NCBI GenBank assembly: GCA_016782885.1
Contig: JADHXQ010000011.1
Coordinates: 1,042 to 65,041 of the forward strand
Reading direction: 5' to 3'
DNA length: 64,000 nt
Source: Phycisphaerae bacterium
Lineage (GTDB): Bacteria > Planctomycetota > Phycisphaerae > SM23-33
In this document: positions 18,998 to 29,042 of the stretch, one piece after another
Layout: each line of letters starts with the position of its first letter
Position numbering within the stretch: the stretch's first letter is position 1
Notes under the pieces: generated by a model
Seen by the model: the letters and a program-made list of their open reading frames with translations, nothing else
Told to the model about the DNA's origin: nothing
The model's database searches: none
Program-made: the position numbers and the translations under genes

Positions 18998-20280
18998 CCT
19001 CCACCAGTCATTGATGTTACGTCGAACAATGGCATAAACATGCTCAACGCAACGAAACCGACCAGCAATCCCATCACGATAAGGATCACCGGCTCGATAA
19101 TACTAGTCAACGCTTTAAGGGTTCCTTCGTTTTCCTCGTCAAGGAACTCGGCCAGGTTTAGCAATAACGGACCAACCTGCCCACTTTTCTCACCACTCCT
19201 GGTGGCCTCGTAGACCGCCGGAGTTATCAAATCGGTATCTGCGAAGACCGAACTGATCTCCTGTCCCTGGGAGACGGCCTTCTCCGCACGGTCCATAAGT
19301 TCGGTATAGTGAACGTTGGAAGTGGTGTCTCTGGTCAGCGTCAAGGCTTCCAGAACGGGCACGCGACTTTCCAGCAGTACACCCATCATCCGAACGATAC
19401 GCGCGGTCGAAAAACTCCTGACAATCCCGCCGATCTTCGGCATGCGGAGGACGAGTGTGTCGAACGCCCGTTTACCGCCGGGCGACCTGAAGTAGGTCCT
19501 CAGGCCCACGATCACAGCAACGAGCCCTCCAATGAGAGCCCACCAGTAATTTACGGCTATGTCACTGGCTGCCAGGAGGATGGCCGTCGTCGGCGGTTGT
19601 TCGGCGTCGAGGCTATCGAACAATTCGCCAAAACGCGGAATGACAAATACCATCAGCAGCACCAGCACCGACAGCGCCACCACACTCAGGAGGCAGGGAT
19701 AGATCATCGCTCCCTGGATGGCGGAACGGATATGCAGACGCTTGTGCGTCAACTCGGCCAGACGGTCGAGCATCCCGGGCAACTCTCCGCTCGTTTCACC
19801 GGCGGCAATCATGTGGCGATAAATCGAATCGAAGCACTCCGGGTGCGAACCCATCGCCTCAGACAGCGCACTGCCCTCCTCGAGACGCGCACGAACATCA
19901 CCAATAGCCTTGCGCCATCCGGAATCCTTGATCTGGCGTTCGAGCGCCAACAACGCCTGGGTCAACGGCGTGCCCGATGAAACCAATACGAACAACTGCC
20001 TGGTGAACATCGCCAGGGTCTTCAACCGGCGGGTCTTGCTGCCGCCAACACGCGCCTTGCCCTCGCCCGCGATCTGGGTCGCAGGAGCCCCAGTGCCCGC
20101 AGCCCCACCGCCGCCGCCGGACTTCCGACGCGGACCGGAACCTCCCCTGACCGGTGTAATGTCAGCAACGAACAGATCCTGTTTTCGCAGATCTTCGGTG
20201 GCCTCTGCAATGTCAGTGGCCTCGATAACATCGCTGACCTTCTGCCCGGTCTTGTCGAATGCCTCGTATACCAGTTTCAT
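18994..20280 (-). CDS. pilC: T2SS/T4P inner-membrane platform protein (GspF/PilC)
   Basis: FTRQL..LVSSG.PL, AGETSGEL, AMIYP, GEKSGQ, SIIEP, MFMPLF. Confidence 0.92.
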   Translation of the reverse strand: MKLVYEAFDKTGQKVSDVIEATDIAEATEDLRKQDLFVADITPVRGGSGPRRKSGGGGGAAGTGAPATQIAGEGKARVGGSKTRRLKTLAMFTRQLFVLVSSGTPLTQALLALERQIKDSGWRKAIGDVRARLEEGSALSEAMGSHPECFDSIYRHMIAAGETSGELPGMLDRLAELTHKRLHIRSAIQGAMIYPCLLSVVALSVLVLLMVFVIPRFGELFDSLDAEQPPTTAILLAASDIAVNYWWALIGGLVAVIVGLRTYFRSPGGKRAFDTLVLRMPKIGGIVRSFSTARIVRMMGVLLESRVPVLEALTLTRDTTSNVHYTELMDRAEKAVSQGQEISSVFADTDLITPAVYEATRSGEKSGQVGPLLLNLAEFLDEENEGTLKALTSIIEPVILIVMGLLVGFVALSMFMPLFDVTSMTGGG

Positions 20281-20323
20281 TTATCTAACCTCGCAGGCCG
20301 ACAGCGGGCGCCTTTGGCGTCTG

Positions 20324-22054
20324 CTATTCGGGGGTATCTTCACATTCCTCACCGTTGCTGTGAGTCACGTTGAGAATTTCTTCAAGCGTCGTCTTACCGT
20401 CCTTGGCCAGCAGCAACCCTTCCTGGCGGAGCGTCAAACCGCCCTCCTCGGTCCAGCGATCGCGGATCTCATGCGGTGAGACGCCCTTATGCACGAGCCG
20501 CCGAATCGAGGTGGATGCTTCCATCACCTCGTATATTCCGACGCGACCCTTGTATCCGGACTTGTGGCATTTGCTGCAGCCTTCGCCCCGTATGAACGTC
20601 TGTCCCTTAAAGTTGGCCAGGCCGGCCTCCTCGAGGAAAACGTCGTCGGGAACATAGGAGACTTTGCAGTGTTTGCAGACGGTCCGCGCGAGCCTCTGGG
20701 CCAGTACACCATTGATCGCGCTGGAAAGCAGGTAGGGTTCGACTCCCATGTCGACCAGGCGCGAAACGGCGCCCGGGGCGTCGTTGGTGTGTAAAGTAGC
20801 CAACACCAGGTGACCGGTCAGAGAGGCCTGAATAGCCACCCGCGCAGTCTCTTCATCGCGAATCTCGCCGACCATGATGACGTCCGGGTCCTGACGCAGA
20901 ATACTTCGCAGCGCCCTGGCGAACGTCATGCCAATCGCATCCTGAACCTGGATCTGGTTTATCAGGTCCAACTGGTACTCGACCGGATCCTCAACCGTAA
21001 GGATGTTCAACTCGGGACTGCGGATCAACTGCAAAGCCGAGTACAGCGTCGTTGTCTTACCGCTTCCCGTAGGCCCGGTAACCAGCACCAGACCATAGGG
21101 TTGGTGCAGGATGCGAAGGAATGCTTCCAGCGTTTCTTTCCGGAAGCCCAAGTCGTTGAGTTGGGTTTTCAGATTGCCCTTGTCGAGTATTCGCATGACG
21201 AGTTTTTCACCGAGCAGTGTCGGCATGCTGGACACGCGCAGGTCGACTTCCCGTCCGTCAGCCCCGATCCGAACACGCCCTTCCTGCGGGAGGCGTTTCT
21301 CGGCAATGTCCATCCGCCCGATGACTTTTATGCGCGATACTATCGAGGGATGCATGCCCGCCGGAGGAGCCGGCAGGTCGCGAAGCACACCGTCAAGCCT
21401 GTAGCGCATTCTCGTGGAGACCTTATCCGGTTCGATGTGAATGTCGCTGGCGCCTTCCCGTATCGCCTTGAGAAGGATCATGTTTATCAGGTTCACCACG
21501 GGGCTGTCACCGGAGATATCAGAGAGATCGGTCATCGAGGAGTCTTCGTCCTCCTCTTCAAGGACTTCCACGTCGCCGCTGGAGATTGCGGCTATCAGGG
21601 CATCCATATCAGTTTCGGCGCTGGTGAAGCGATCGATGTGCTCCAGTATGTTCGCCTCGGTGGCCAGGATCGCCCTGATGGTGCATCCGGTTAACTGGCG
21701 CAGGCGATCGACGCTTGGAAGGGATTGCGGTTCAGCCATCGCCACGGTCATGGTATCGTGGACTTTGAACATCGGAATGGCCCTGAGATGGCGAGCTTCT
21801 TCCTCACCGATGATTCCCAGCAGAGATGGATCGGCCAGGCCCTTGCGCAAAATGCAGTGACGCACTCCCAGGCGTTTGCCCAGCGCGCACAGGATCTCCT
21901 CGACGGTTACCAGGCCCTGATCGACGAGCATTTCGCCAAGTCTCTTACCGGTGCGTTTCTGCTCGGCGAGAACTTCCGTCAGCGTATCTTCGGTAACGAT
22001 CCCTTCTTCCACAAGGACTTCACCGATGCGAATCTTTTTTGCAGTAACCGTCAT
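20324..22054 (-). CDS. pilB: T2SS/T4P assembly ATPase (GspE/PilB) with N-terminal MshEN c-di-GMP-binding motif
   Basis: ASDIHIEP, TGPTGSGKTTT, LRQDPDVIMVGEIRD, CKHC/CSKC zinc site; RIGEVL..G and RLGEML..G tandem repeat. Confidence 0.93.
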   Translation of the reverse strand: MTVTAKKIRIGEVLVEEGIVTEDTLTEVLAEQKRTGKRLGEMLVDQGLVTVEEILCALGKRLGVRHCILRKGLADPSLLGIIGEEEARHLRAIPMFKVHDTMTVAMAEPQSLPSVDRLRQLTGCTIRAILATEANILEHIDRFTSAETDMDALIAAISSGDVEVLEEEDEDSSMTDLSDISGDSPVVNLINMILLKAIREGASDIHIEPDKVSTRMRYRLDGVLRDLPAPPAGMHPSIVSRIKVIGRMDIAEKRLPQEGRVRIGADGREVDLRVSSMPTLLGEKLVMRILDKGNLKTQLNDLGFRKETLEAFLRILHQPYGLVLVTGPTGSGKTTTLYSALQLIRSPELNILTVEDPVEYQLDLINQIQVQDAIGMTFARALRSILRQDPDVIMVGEIRDEETARVAIQASLTGHLVLATLHTNDAPGAVSRLVDMGVEPYLLSSAINGVLAQRLARTVCKHCKVSYVPDDVFLEEAGLANFKGQTFIRGEGCSKCHKSGYKGRVGIYEVMEASTSIRRLVHKGVSPHEIRDRWTEEGGLTLRQEGLLLAKDGKTTLEEILNVTHSNGEECEDTPE

Positions 22055-22386
22055 CAAATAGCCTCGGGGGTATACTCGACACTGTCGGAATACTCGAACA
22101 GCGACGCCAGTTCAGTTAGCTCCAGTATCTCGCGAAGAGTCTCGTCGGCGCCAGCGAGTTTCAGCGCCCGTCCGCTCCGAATAAGTTGCTCGGTCGCGTC
22201 GACGAGCACCTCGAGGCCTTTGCTGTCGATCTGTGTAACCTTCGAAACGTCGATCACAAGATCCTCCGGATTCTCGGCCATAACGCCCGCGAGAACTTCA
22301 CCAAACTGCACCGCATCGTCCCCGACGAGTGAATCGTTCGGGATAAGCATCGTCATGTCCTCGTAGTGCTCCTGGTCGATCTTCAT
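22054..22386 (-). CDS. STAS domain protein (anti-sigma factor antagonist type)
   Basis: LVIDVSKVTQIDSKGLEVL, ILELTEL; stop overlaps the ATPase start. Confidence 0.88.
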   Translation of the reverse strand: MKIDQEHYEDMTMLIPNDSLVGDDAVQFGEVLAGVMAENPEDLVIDVSKVTQIDSKGLEVLVDATEQLIRSGRALKLAGADETLREILELTELASLFEYSDSVEYTPEAI

Positions 22387-22578
22387 TCCAAACGACCTCC
22401 ATACGGCGGCAGGCGCCGATTCGATAATTCGCTGTAACTATCTCTCTTTTCGGAACATAACTATCCAGCAACCCTAAGGCGCCTCACCCGCCCGGACCGA
22501 TGAACTCAACTTGAGAACATCCATACGGACACAGGCTGCACTTACCGCCATGTTCATACGTTTTCGCGTCATTGTTAT

Positions 22579-22605
22579 CCATCGGCTATCCCTGTAGGAA
22601 CTTTA
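22579..22605 (-). promoter_or_regulatory. Sigma28 (FliA/WhiG)-like promoter of the STAS-pil operon
   Basis: TAAAGTTC-N11-GCCGATGG, close to consensus TAAAGTTT-N11-GCCGATAA. Confidence 0.65.
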
Positions 22606-22725
22606 GTAGTTACGAAAACTCCCGCGAATCGGACTTGGATTCCCCCAGCCCCTCAGCAATGACGCCGAATGGACCTGTCGGCGACCTGCAAATCGCTCGC
22701 TCTAGAGATACCTCGATCGGCACGA

Positions 22726-23307
22726 TCAGCGCAGTGTAGCCAAACCCTGCAGCATGCCCCCGAGGATCTTGATGGCAAAGTCCCCTAGTACCTCCTCAAT
22801 CGGCCCGCGGTACAATTGCCTCCGCCTGACGACCTCCAGACGGACCCTTCGGTCTCCGAGGTTTTCACACGTAACTTCCAGACCTTCGGCCTGGCCCTGC
22901 CGTTTGAATCCATCGACGATAACCTGACGCGGGTCCAGATCATCTTGCCCGAACGAGATCAACGAGATCGGGGCGCTTGCCACCGGGGCCCCGCCGGAAC
23001 TGATCTGCTCCGATGCACCTTCGGGCCTGACGGGTACAGCTTCCAGAAGTTGTGCGGCCAGACAGAGATAGTCGAGTGCTGTTCGCCTGGAGCGTGTCGT
23101 CGGATCGATCTCCCCGGTTTTCGATGGTTCGGCGTTTTCATCTGACACAAGATCGCCTGCGACCAGGTTCATTCGGGGCGTAAGCACCCCGGGATCGTCC
23201 GGACGCCGCTCATACCAGTCCTTCCACTGTCTGACAAAAACCCGCTGTTCTGTTTTCGGGTAAGTCCGGAAACATCCGTGGAGCGCTGGTATATCCCTCG
23301 CCGTCAA
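22726..23307 (-). CDS. Hypothetical protein or gene fragment
   Basis: 193-codon open frame with no recognised motif; starts inside the truncated ligase with a weak TTG start. Confidence 0.3.
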   Translation of the reverse strand: MTARDIPALHGCFRTYPKTEQRVFVRQWKDWYERRPDDPGVLTPRMNLVAGDLVSDENAEPSKTGEIDPTTRSRRTALDYLCLAAQLLEAVPVRPEGASEQISSGGAPVASAPISLISFGQDDLDPRQVIVDGFKRQGQAEGLEVTCENLGDRRVRLEVVRRRQLYRGPIEEVLGDFAIKILGGMLQGLATLR

Positions 23308-24187
23308 TTCGCACGAGGTCGCCTGTTTGGAACCATTTGTCGGATGCGAACGCGGCGGCCGTCTCGTCGGGACGATTGTGGTATCCCCTAGTCACGCAGT
23401 CGCCCCGCACCCAGAGTTCTCCTTCGTCACCCGAGTTCACCGATTGGCCTGAATCGTCTACGACCATCGCGTCGACCCAACCGAGCATTTTTCCGACCGA
23501 ACCGCGACAATTCCGCCCCGGTTGGTTGAAAGCCACCACCGGTGAAGTCTCCGTCAGTCCGTATCCTTCCAGCAGCGGCATGAGCACGGACGTCATAATA
23601 CCAAACGAGTGAAAAAGCGGAAGCATCCCGAGCACCACGTCGTCGCCGTCCAGATCAATATGCTCGCACGAACTCTCGAAGTTGCGGAGCAGGTTCTTGT
23701 GCGTCAGAATCACCCCCTTGGGCCGACCCGTACTGCCGGAGGTATACAGGACAGTGGCCTCATCGTCACCGCCCCGGCTGACCGGCGCCAACGGACGCGA
23801 GGCGTCGCGGGGCGCCTCGCCGATAAACAGGTGTTTGATCTCCAACTCCGCGACAAGCCCCTCGAAGGACCTCGAAGCGACAATCGTGTCGAAGCCCGCA
23901 TCAACCGCAACGAAACCCAACGATGCGGCATCCAGCAGGAAGTTCAACGGTACGGGCGTACGATCGGCCAGGAGGATACCAAAATAACCCGCCACAAACC
24001 CCGCCGAAGTCGGCGCCAGCAAACCCACACGCCTGTATTCGGTGGTCTCCTGCACGTTGCGGGCGATGCCCTCGGCAGCGGCAAGCAGTTGTCCATAAGT
24101 GTACGAATCAGTATCGTCGCAAATGGCTTCCTTGTCGCTAAAGCTTCTCGCAATCGCCGCAAACCTGCCGGCCAGGTTCATTGTCAT
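23210..24187 (-). pseudogene. Degraded AMP-dependent acyl-CoA synthetase (internal deletion and C-terminal truncation)
   Basis: LYTSGSTGRPKG, LPLFHSFG joined almost directly to EGYGLTETSP, GELWVRG, FQTGDL; no ITGR hinge or C-terminal catalytic Lys domain. Confidence 0.75.
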
Positions 24188-24397
24188 CCGCCTGTCTCCT
24201 GTGTTTCACCTGCATGGTTTGATCATCGCGCCGGCTTGCGGGGAATGATAGGCACGCAGGCACGCAAGGTCAACTCGAAGACGGCCGCTGAGATATTTGT
24301 TATGTTTCTTTACAATCCGGGTGGTTGTTCTTATGCTGACGGGTCTGCAAGCTGATTCGCGAAATATAACCCCTGGTTTCGAGGAGAGGTATGGATA

Positions 24398-25624
24398 ATG
24401 AGTAAACTCAATAGACGAAGGTTTCTGAAGGGTGTGGGAGCGGCCGCGGTTGCACTCCCGCACGTAATCACGTCCAGCGCACTCGGCGCAGAAGGCCGCC
24501 CCCCTGCCAGCGATCGAATCACCATGGGCGGCGTGGGCATGGGGGGACAGGGCTCAGGCGACCTCCGCGGTTTCATGGGCGACAAACGCGTTCAGGTCCT
24601 GGCGGTCTGCGACGTCAAGCACGGCGCACTTGCCGGATGCAAGAACAGCGTTAACGGCAGGTACAAGAACCAGGACTGCAAGGGATACCTCGACTATCGC
24701 GAGCTTATCGCACGCGACGACATCGATGCTATCGTCTGCGGGACGCCCGACCACTGGCACGCACAGGTCACCATCGACGCCATGAAGTCCGGTAAGGACA
24801 TTTACTGCGAAAAACCGCTTTCGCTGACCATTCGCGAAGGTCGCAAGATGGTCGAGGCGGCAAGGCGTTTCGGACGGGTCTTCTCCTGCGGCAGCCAGAG
24901 AGTGATCGGCGACTACGGGCACCTGGCCAAGGCCGCCAACAGCGGTCGCTACGGTAAGGTCCTCGTTGCCCACGCCAATCCGGGCGGACCGCCCCGCCAC
25001 TGCCACCTTCCCGGAGTACCGATCCCGCCCAATACGATCGAGTGGGACATGTGGCTCGGACCGGCGCCGTGGGCGCCGTACAATCCGTTCCGCTGCGGAC
25101 GCGCGTACGGGCTTGGGGGCAAGGGTTTCCGGACATGGTACGACTACTCCGGCGGTATGATGACCGACTGGGGCGGGCACAAGTTCGGCGGCGCCATGCA
25201 CGGATTGAAACTCGACCACACCGGACCGACGGATGTCCTGTACCCCGACGGTAAGGACGTCAAGATGCTCACGTACGTATTCAAAAACGGTATGAAACTG
25301 GTTCATGGCGGCGGGCAGAAGTACATCTGCGAAGGCGGAGAAGCCAAACCGATCCGCGGAGAAACCGTACCTCCGGGACTTCGCTGGTACGAAGACGGCG
25401 CAAACTACCCGATAAGGGACCTTGCAAACTGCATAATCACGAGAAAACGCCCGTTCCGCGACGTCGAATTCGCGCACAGGACCGCGACGATATGCCATCT
25501 CGGTAATATCTGCTACATGTTGAAGCGAAGCCTGAAATGGGATCCAGATAAGGAAGAGTTCATCGGCGACGCCGAAGCCCAGAAACTTATCGACAGGCCC
25601 AGGCGCGGACCGTGGCAGATATAA
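24398..25624 (+). CDS. Tat-exported Gfo/Idh/MocA family oxidoreductase
   Basis: NRRRFLK Tat motif, GVGMGGQG, TPDHWH, YCEKPL, WDMWLGPAP. Confidence 0.93.
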   Translation: MSKLNRRRFLKGVGAAAVALPHVITSSALGAEGRPPASDRITMGGVGMGGQGSGDLRGFMGDKRVQVLAVCDVKHGALAGCKNSVNGRYKNQDCKGYLDYRELIARDDIDAIVCGTPDHWHAQVTIDAMKSGKDIYCEKPLSLTIREGRKMVEAARRFGRVFSCGSQRVIGDYGHLAKAANSGRYGKVLVAHANPGGPPRHCHLPGVPIPPNTIEWDMWLGPAPWAPYNPFRCGRAYGLGGKGFRTWYDYSGGMMTDWGGHKFGGAMHGLKLDHTGPTDVLYPDGKDVKMLTYVFKNGMKLVHGGGQKYICEGGEAKPIRGETVPPGLRWYEDGANYPIRDLANCIITRKRPFRDVEFAHRTATICHLGNICYMLKRSLKWDPDKEEFIGDAEAQKLIDRPRRGPWQI

Positions 25625-25688
25625 GCATCGGATAAACGCGGAAACCCGAGACTTTTTTACATCAAAAGCATCGAAAAGAGATAAAAAA

Positions 25689-27710
25689 ATGATCAGGAAA
25701 TTGACAATTATATTAGCAGTTGGATGCCTGCTGACGCCGATGACGATGGGCGATGTGTGGCAGGATCTGGCAAAGTACGAGTACGGCGACAAGAGCAATG
25801 CAGCCGCCGAGGCCCACAAACTGCTTCAGGACACCCCCGTGTCCGGGCACGCCGCAATTGAAACCAAACTCATCGCATTAGTTTCAGCGAAAGACTCCAC
25901 CCAAACAGGCAAGGCCTGGGCCTGCCGCTACCTGCAGCAGATCGGTACGGAAAAGTGCATCCCGGCGGTTTCGGGCCTGCTCGGCGACAAGATCCTCTCG
26001 CACTACGCCAGGCTCTCGCTTGAGATGATCGATTCGCCAAAAGCATCCGCCGCCCTGCTCGCGGCGCTGCCCAAGGCGCCGGACAAACTCAAGTGCGGAA
26101 TCATCATGAGCCTCGGTAATCGCAAAGAAGCGACCGCCGTCAAGGCCATCGCCCCCTCGCTCGCCAGCAAGGAAGCAGGCACAGCGGCCGCTGCGATGAG
26201 ATCGCTGGCGATGATCGGCGGTAGAGACGCCGCGGCAATTCTTGAGAAGGCCAAGGCGCCCGACGCACTGCTTCCGGTCCTGCTGGAATCGCAGATCGTA
26301 TGCGCCGAAAGCCTGGACAAGACCGACGCCGCAAAGGTCTGCAGCACGATCTTCGCGGACGCAAAGAACTCCCCCCCCACGCGCATAGCCGCCCTCCGCG
26401 GCCTGATCAAGGCCGACGGTATGAAAGCCGCCCCGCTCGTGGTAGCCGCCATCAAGGGCAAACCCGGTTACATGAAGCAAGGCGCCCTGCGACTCGTCGC
26501 CAGCGAGCAATGCCCCTGCCTGACCGGCGCCGCTTCGACCGCTCTGGCCTCGATGAGCGAAGCCTGTCAGATCAAGGTCCTCGACGTGCTGGGGCAGCGA
26601 GGAGACATCAAAGCCCTCAAGGGCGTATCGGCGCTCTACTCCTCTTCGTCGGCGGAAGTGAAACTTGCGGCCTACAAGACGGCCGGACGCATCGGCGACA
26701 CCGAATGCATCAAGCCGCTGGTCGAACTGACCAACAACGCCGACCAGGGAATCTCACAGAAAGCTGTAGATGCTCTGGGTATCATCGATAACGACGCGGT
26801 CGACAAGACGCTGGCGTCGCTGATCGGCGATCCCAAGCTTGGTCCCGGCGCGATCAACGCCCTGAAACGCAGAGGATGCACCTCCGTCACCGCAGAAATC
26901 ATCAAGCTTGTCGAAAGTGGAAACACCGAAACGAAGATCGCCGGATGGGGCGCCATGGGCAACCTGGCCACCGACAGGGATCTCGGCTCGCTGATGAAGC
27001 AGATCGTCAAGATCAAGGATGACAAGGTCCTGGCCGCGGCGACAAACGCCATCAAGAACATCTGCACCAACTCAGGTGACAGGCGCAAGTGCTTTGACTC
27101 TATCGGACCCCAGTACGCCGGCGCCGACAAGAAGGTGAAGATGCTGATTATCACCATCAGTTCCGCCACCGGCGGAAACACGGCGATCGCCACGATCAAA
27201 GAGGCGATGAAGTCCTCAGACGCCGACATCAAAACCGCCGCGATGCGGGCACTGATGAATTGGCCCGACACCGGAGCGGCCGGCACGCTGCTCGATATAG
27301 CGAAAAACGGTCCGACCGACAAGGACAAGACCCTGGCCCTCAGGGGATACATCCAGGTCACCGGCAAGGAAGACGTCCGCAAACAGGTGGGAATGTACAA
27401 GAAGATCGCTCCGCTGGCCAAAACCTCTGACGCGAAGAACCAGATCATCAGCGGACTGCGAAACGCCCGCCAGTTTGAAGGACTCGCCATGCTGAACGAG
27501 TACATCGCTGACGAGTCGGTCAAGGCCACCGCCGAACGGGCCGCACTCGACGTCGTCGATGGCATCAAACGCGACAGGCGACAGAGGAACGTGATCAAGC
27601 AGAAGAAAAAGGAAATCCTGGCGATCGTCAAGAGCATCATGGACAGCAGCAAGAACAAGAAAAACACAGATCGAGCCAAGAAGCTCTACAAGGAATTGGG
27701 CGGTAAGTAA
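25689..27710 (+). CDS. Secreted HEAT-repeat protein
   Basis: Signal peptide, alpha-helical repeats (ACRYLQQIG, AAMRALMNWPD, LALRGYI); follows the Gfo gene. Confidence 0.85.
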   Translation: MIRKLTIILAVGCLLTPMTMGDVWQDLAKYEYGDKSNAAAEAHKLLQDTPVSGHAAIETKLIALVSAKDSTQTGKAWACRYLQQIGTEKCIPAVSGLLGDKILSHYARLSLEMIDSPKASAALLAALPKAPDKLKCGIIMSLGNRKEATAVKAIAPSLASKEAGTAAAAMRSLAMIGGRDAAAILEKAKAPDALLPVLLESQIVCAESLDKTDAAKVCSTIFADAKNSPPTRIAALRGLIKADGMKAAPLVVAAIKGKPGYMKQGALRLVASEQCPCLTGAASTALASMSEACQIKVLDVLGQRGDIKALKGVSALYSSSSAEVKLAAYKTAGRIGDTECIKPLVELTNNADQGISQKAVDALGIIDNDAVDKTLASLIGDPKLGPGAINALKRRGCTSVTAEIIKLVESGNTETKIAGWGAMGNLATDRDLGSLMKQIVKIKDDKVLAAATNAIKNICTNSGDRRKCFDSIGPQYAGADKKVKMLIITISSATGGNTAIATIKEAMKSSDADIKTAAMRALMNWPDTGAAGTLLDIAKNGPTDKDKTLALRGYIQVTGKEDVRKQVGMYKKIAPLAKTSDAKNQIISGLRNARQFEGLAMLNEYIADESVKATAERAALDVVDGIKRDRRQRNVIKQKKKEILAIVKSIMDSSKNKKNTDRAKKLYKELGGK

Positions 27711-27751
27711 TACTCCCCAAAAAGCCTGATCCCGCCGCTGGAGCTTTCTTG

Positions 27752-29038
27752 TTATTGCTTCAGCGGAGGGACGCCTTTTATTGTCGGAAGTACAATCTTC
27801 GGCGCCTTGCGTAAAGCGGGGCGCCGATATTTTTTACCGTACTTGTCCGAGCCCGGAACAAAACCGCCGTGTGACAAAAAGAACTGACCGTCCTCGACGC
27901 CCATAAAGCGGTCGAGGCGATCGCCCCGACCGGTGGCGTCGTGGCTGAATTTCGCATCCGTAATCTCAATCCACTTGCCCTCGCTCGTGCGAATCCACTG
28001 GTTCCCGTAGAGCGCCTTTCGCAAAACGTGGCCGTTCGCGCCACCGAAGTTCTCGCTGAAACTGTACAGGCCCCGCAAGTAACGCCCTTCCTTTGGTGCA
28101 TTCCAACTCGAAATCAGCATCCATTTCTTCTTGTCCGGGTGAAAATACCATCCGGAAAAGATCGTGTGCTTCTCCCCCACCGGTTTGGCGGTCACCAGGA
28201 ACAGTTGCTTTTCCCCGGTTTTCCAGGGGTAAACCAGGTGGCTGTGCCCGCCGGTGCCTTCACCGCCGAATGAATTGGTCTTGACGCCTTGGCCCTTGGC
28301 GACGAGCTTCACGCGGTTGGCGTCGTCCACCTTTTTGCGGTCCTTGGGCTCGCCGCCGCTGTCCCACACGCTGAAGATGATCCGGCGCTCGGTGGGGCTG
28401 TTGACCTGCATTCCGAAATACCCGCGATGCCAACCGCATGCCATGTAGTACGTCCACAACGGTTCTTCGAGACCTGTCATTTCGCAGTACATCGCGGCGA
28501 CCTTGACACCCTTGGGAACCGGATACGCAAGGTGAACCGATGCCGCATTGCGGCGCGGTTTGAGGTTGAAATGTGCATCCTCAATCGCAGGACCGCCCAG
28601 GATCAGAGCGTCGAGATCGCCGAACGGTTTGCCCGCTTTGCTGAGCGATTCGAGCGTAAAACGCTGGTATCCGGCCTTGGCGATATCGAACGTGCCGAAG
28701 TCAGCGGTAACATTGTCCTTTCCGGCTCCGGTGACGCTGGCCTTACGCGACTGTCCGGCGAGGGTAAGCTGCAGACTGGAAGTCGCCCCGGCCGCCAGAC
28801 GCATGCGGACGGCACATTTGATCTTACCGGTAGTCTTGATCTCCCCGAACCAGAGCACTTTCATCGCAGGGTCTTTCCAGTGCGTAACCCCGGATCGCCC
28901 AACGCGCGCTCCGCGCACGTTCGGCGAGATGTAGGCGGTGGCGGCGGGAACGCTGAGTTCCTTGCCAACCGGGGCGCCCTGGACCAATGCGGCGGTAAAT
29001 GAGACAACGATCGCTACGATAATACTTCTGTGGTTCAT
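27752..29038 (-). CDS. Secreted DUF5077/DUF3472-like protein
   Basis: RRNAASVHLAY, YYMACGWHRGYFGMQVNSPTERRIIFSVWD, FGGEGTGGHS, YSFSENF. Confidence 0.8.
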   Translation of the reverse strand: MNHRSIIVAIVVSFTAALVQGAPVGKELSVPAATAYISPNVRGARVGRSGVTHWKDPAMKVLWFGEIKTTGKIKCAVRMRLAAGATSSLQLTLAGQSRKASVTGAGKDNVTADFGTFDIAKAGYQRFTLESLSKAGKPFGDLDALILGGPAIEDAHFNLKPRRNAASVHLAYPVPKGVKVAAMYCEMTGLEEPLWTYYMACGWHRGYFGMQVNSPTERRIIFSVWDSGGEPKDRKKVDDANRVKLVAKGQGVKTNSFGGEGTGGHSHLVYPWKTGEKQLFLVTAKPVGEKHTIFSGWYFHPDKKKWMLISSWNAPKEGRYLRGLYSFSENFGGANGHVLRKALYGNQWIRTSEGKWIEITDAKFSHDATGRGDRLDRFMGVEDGQFFLSHGGFVPGSDKYGKKYRRPALRKAPKIVLPTIKGVPPLKQ

Positions 29039-29042
29039 AAGC

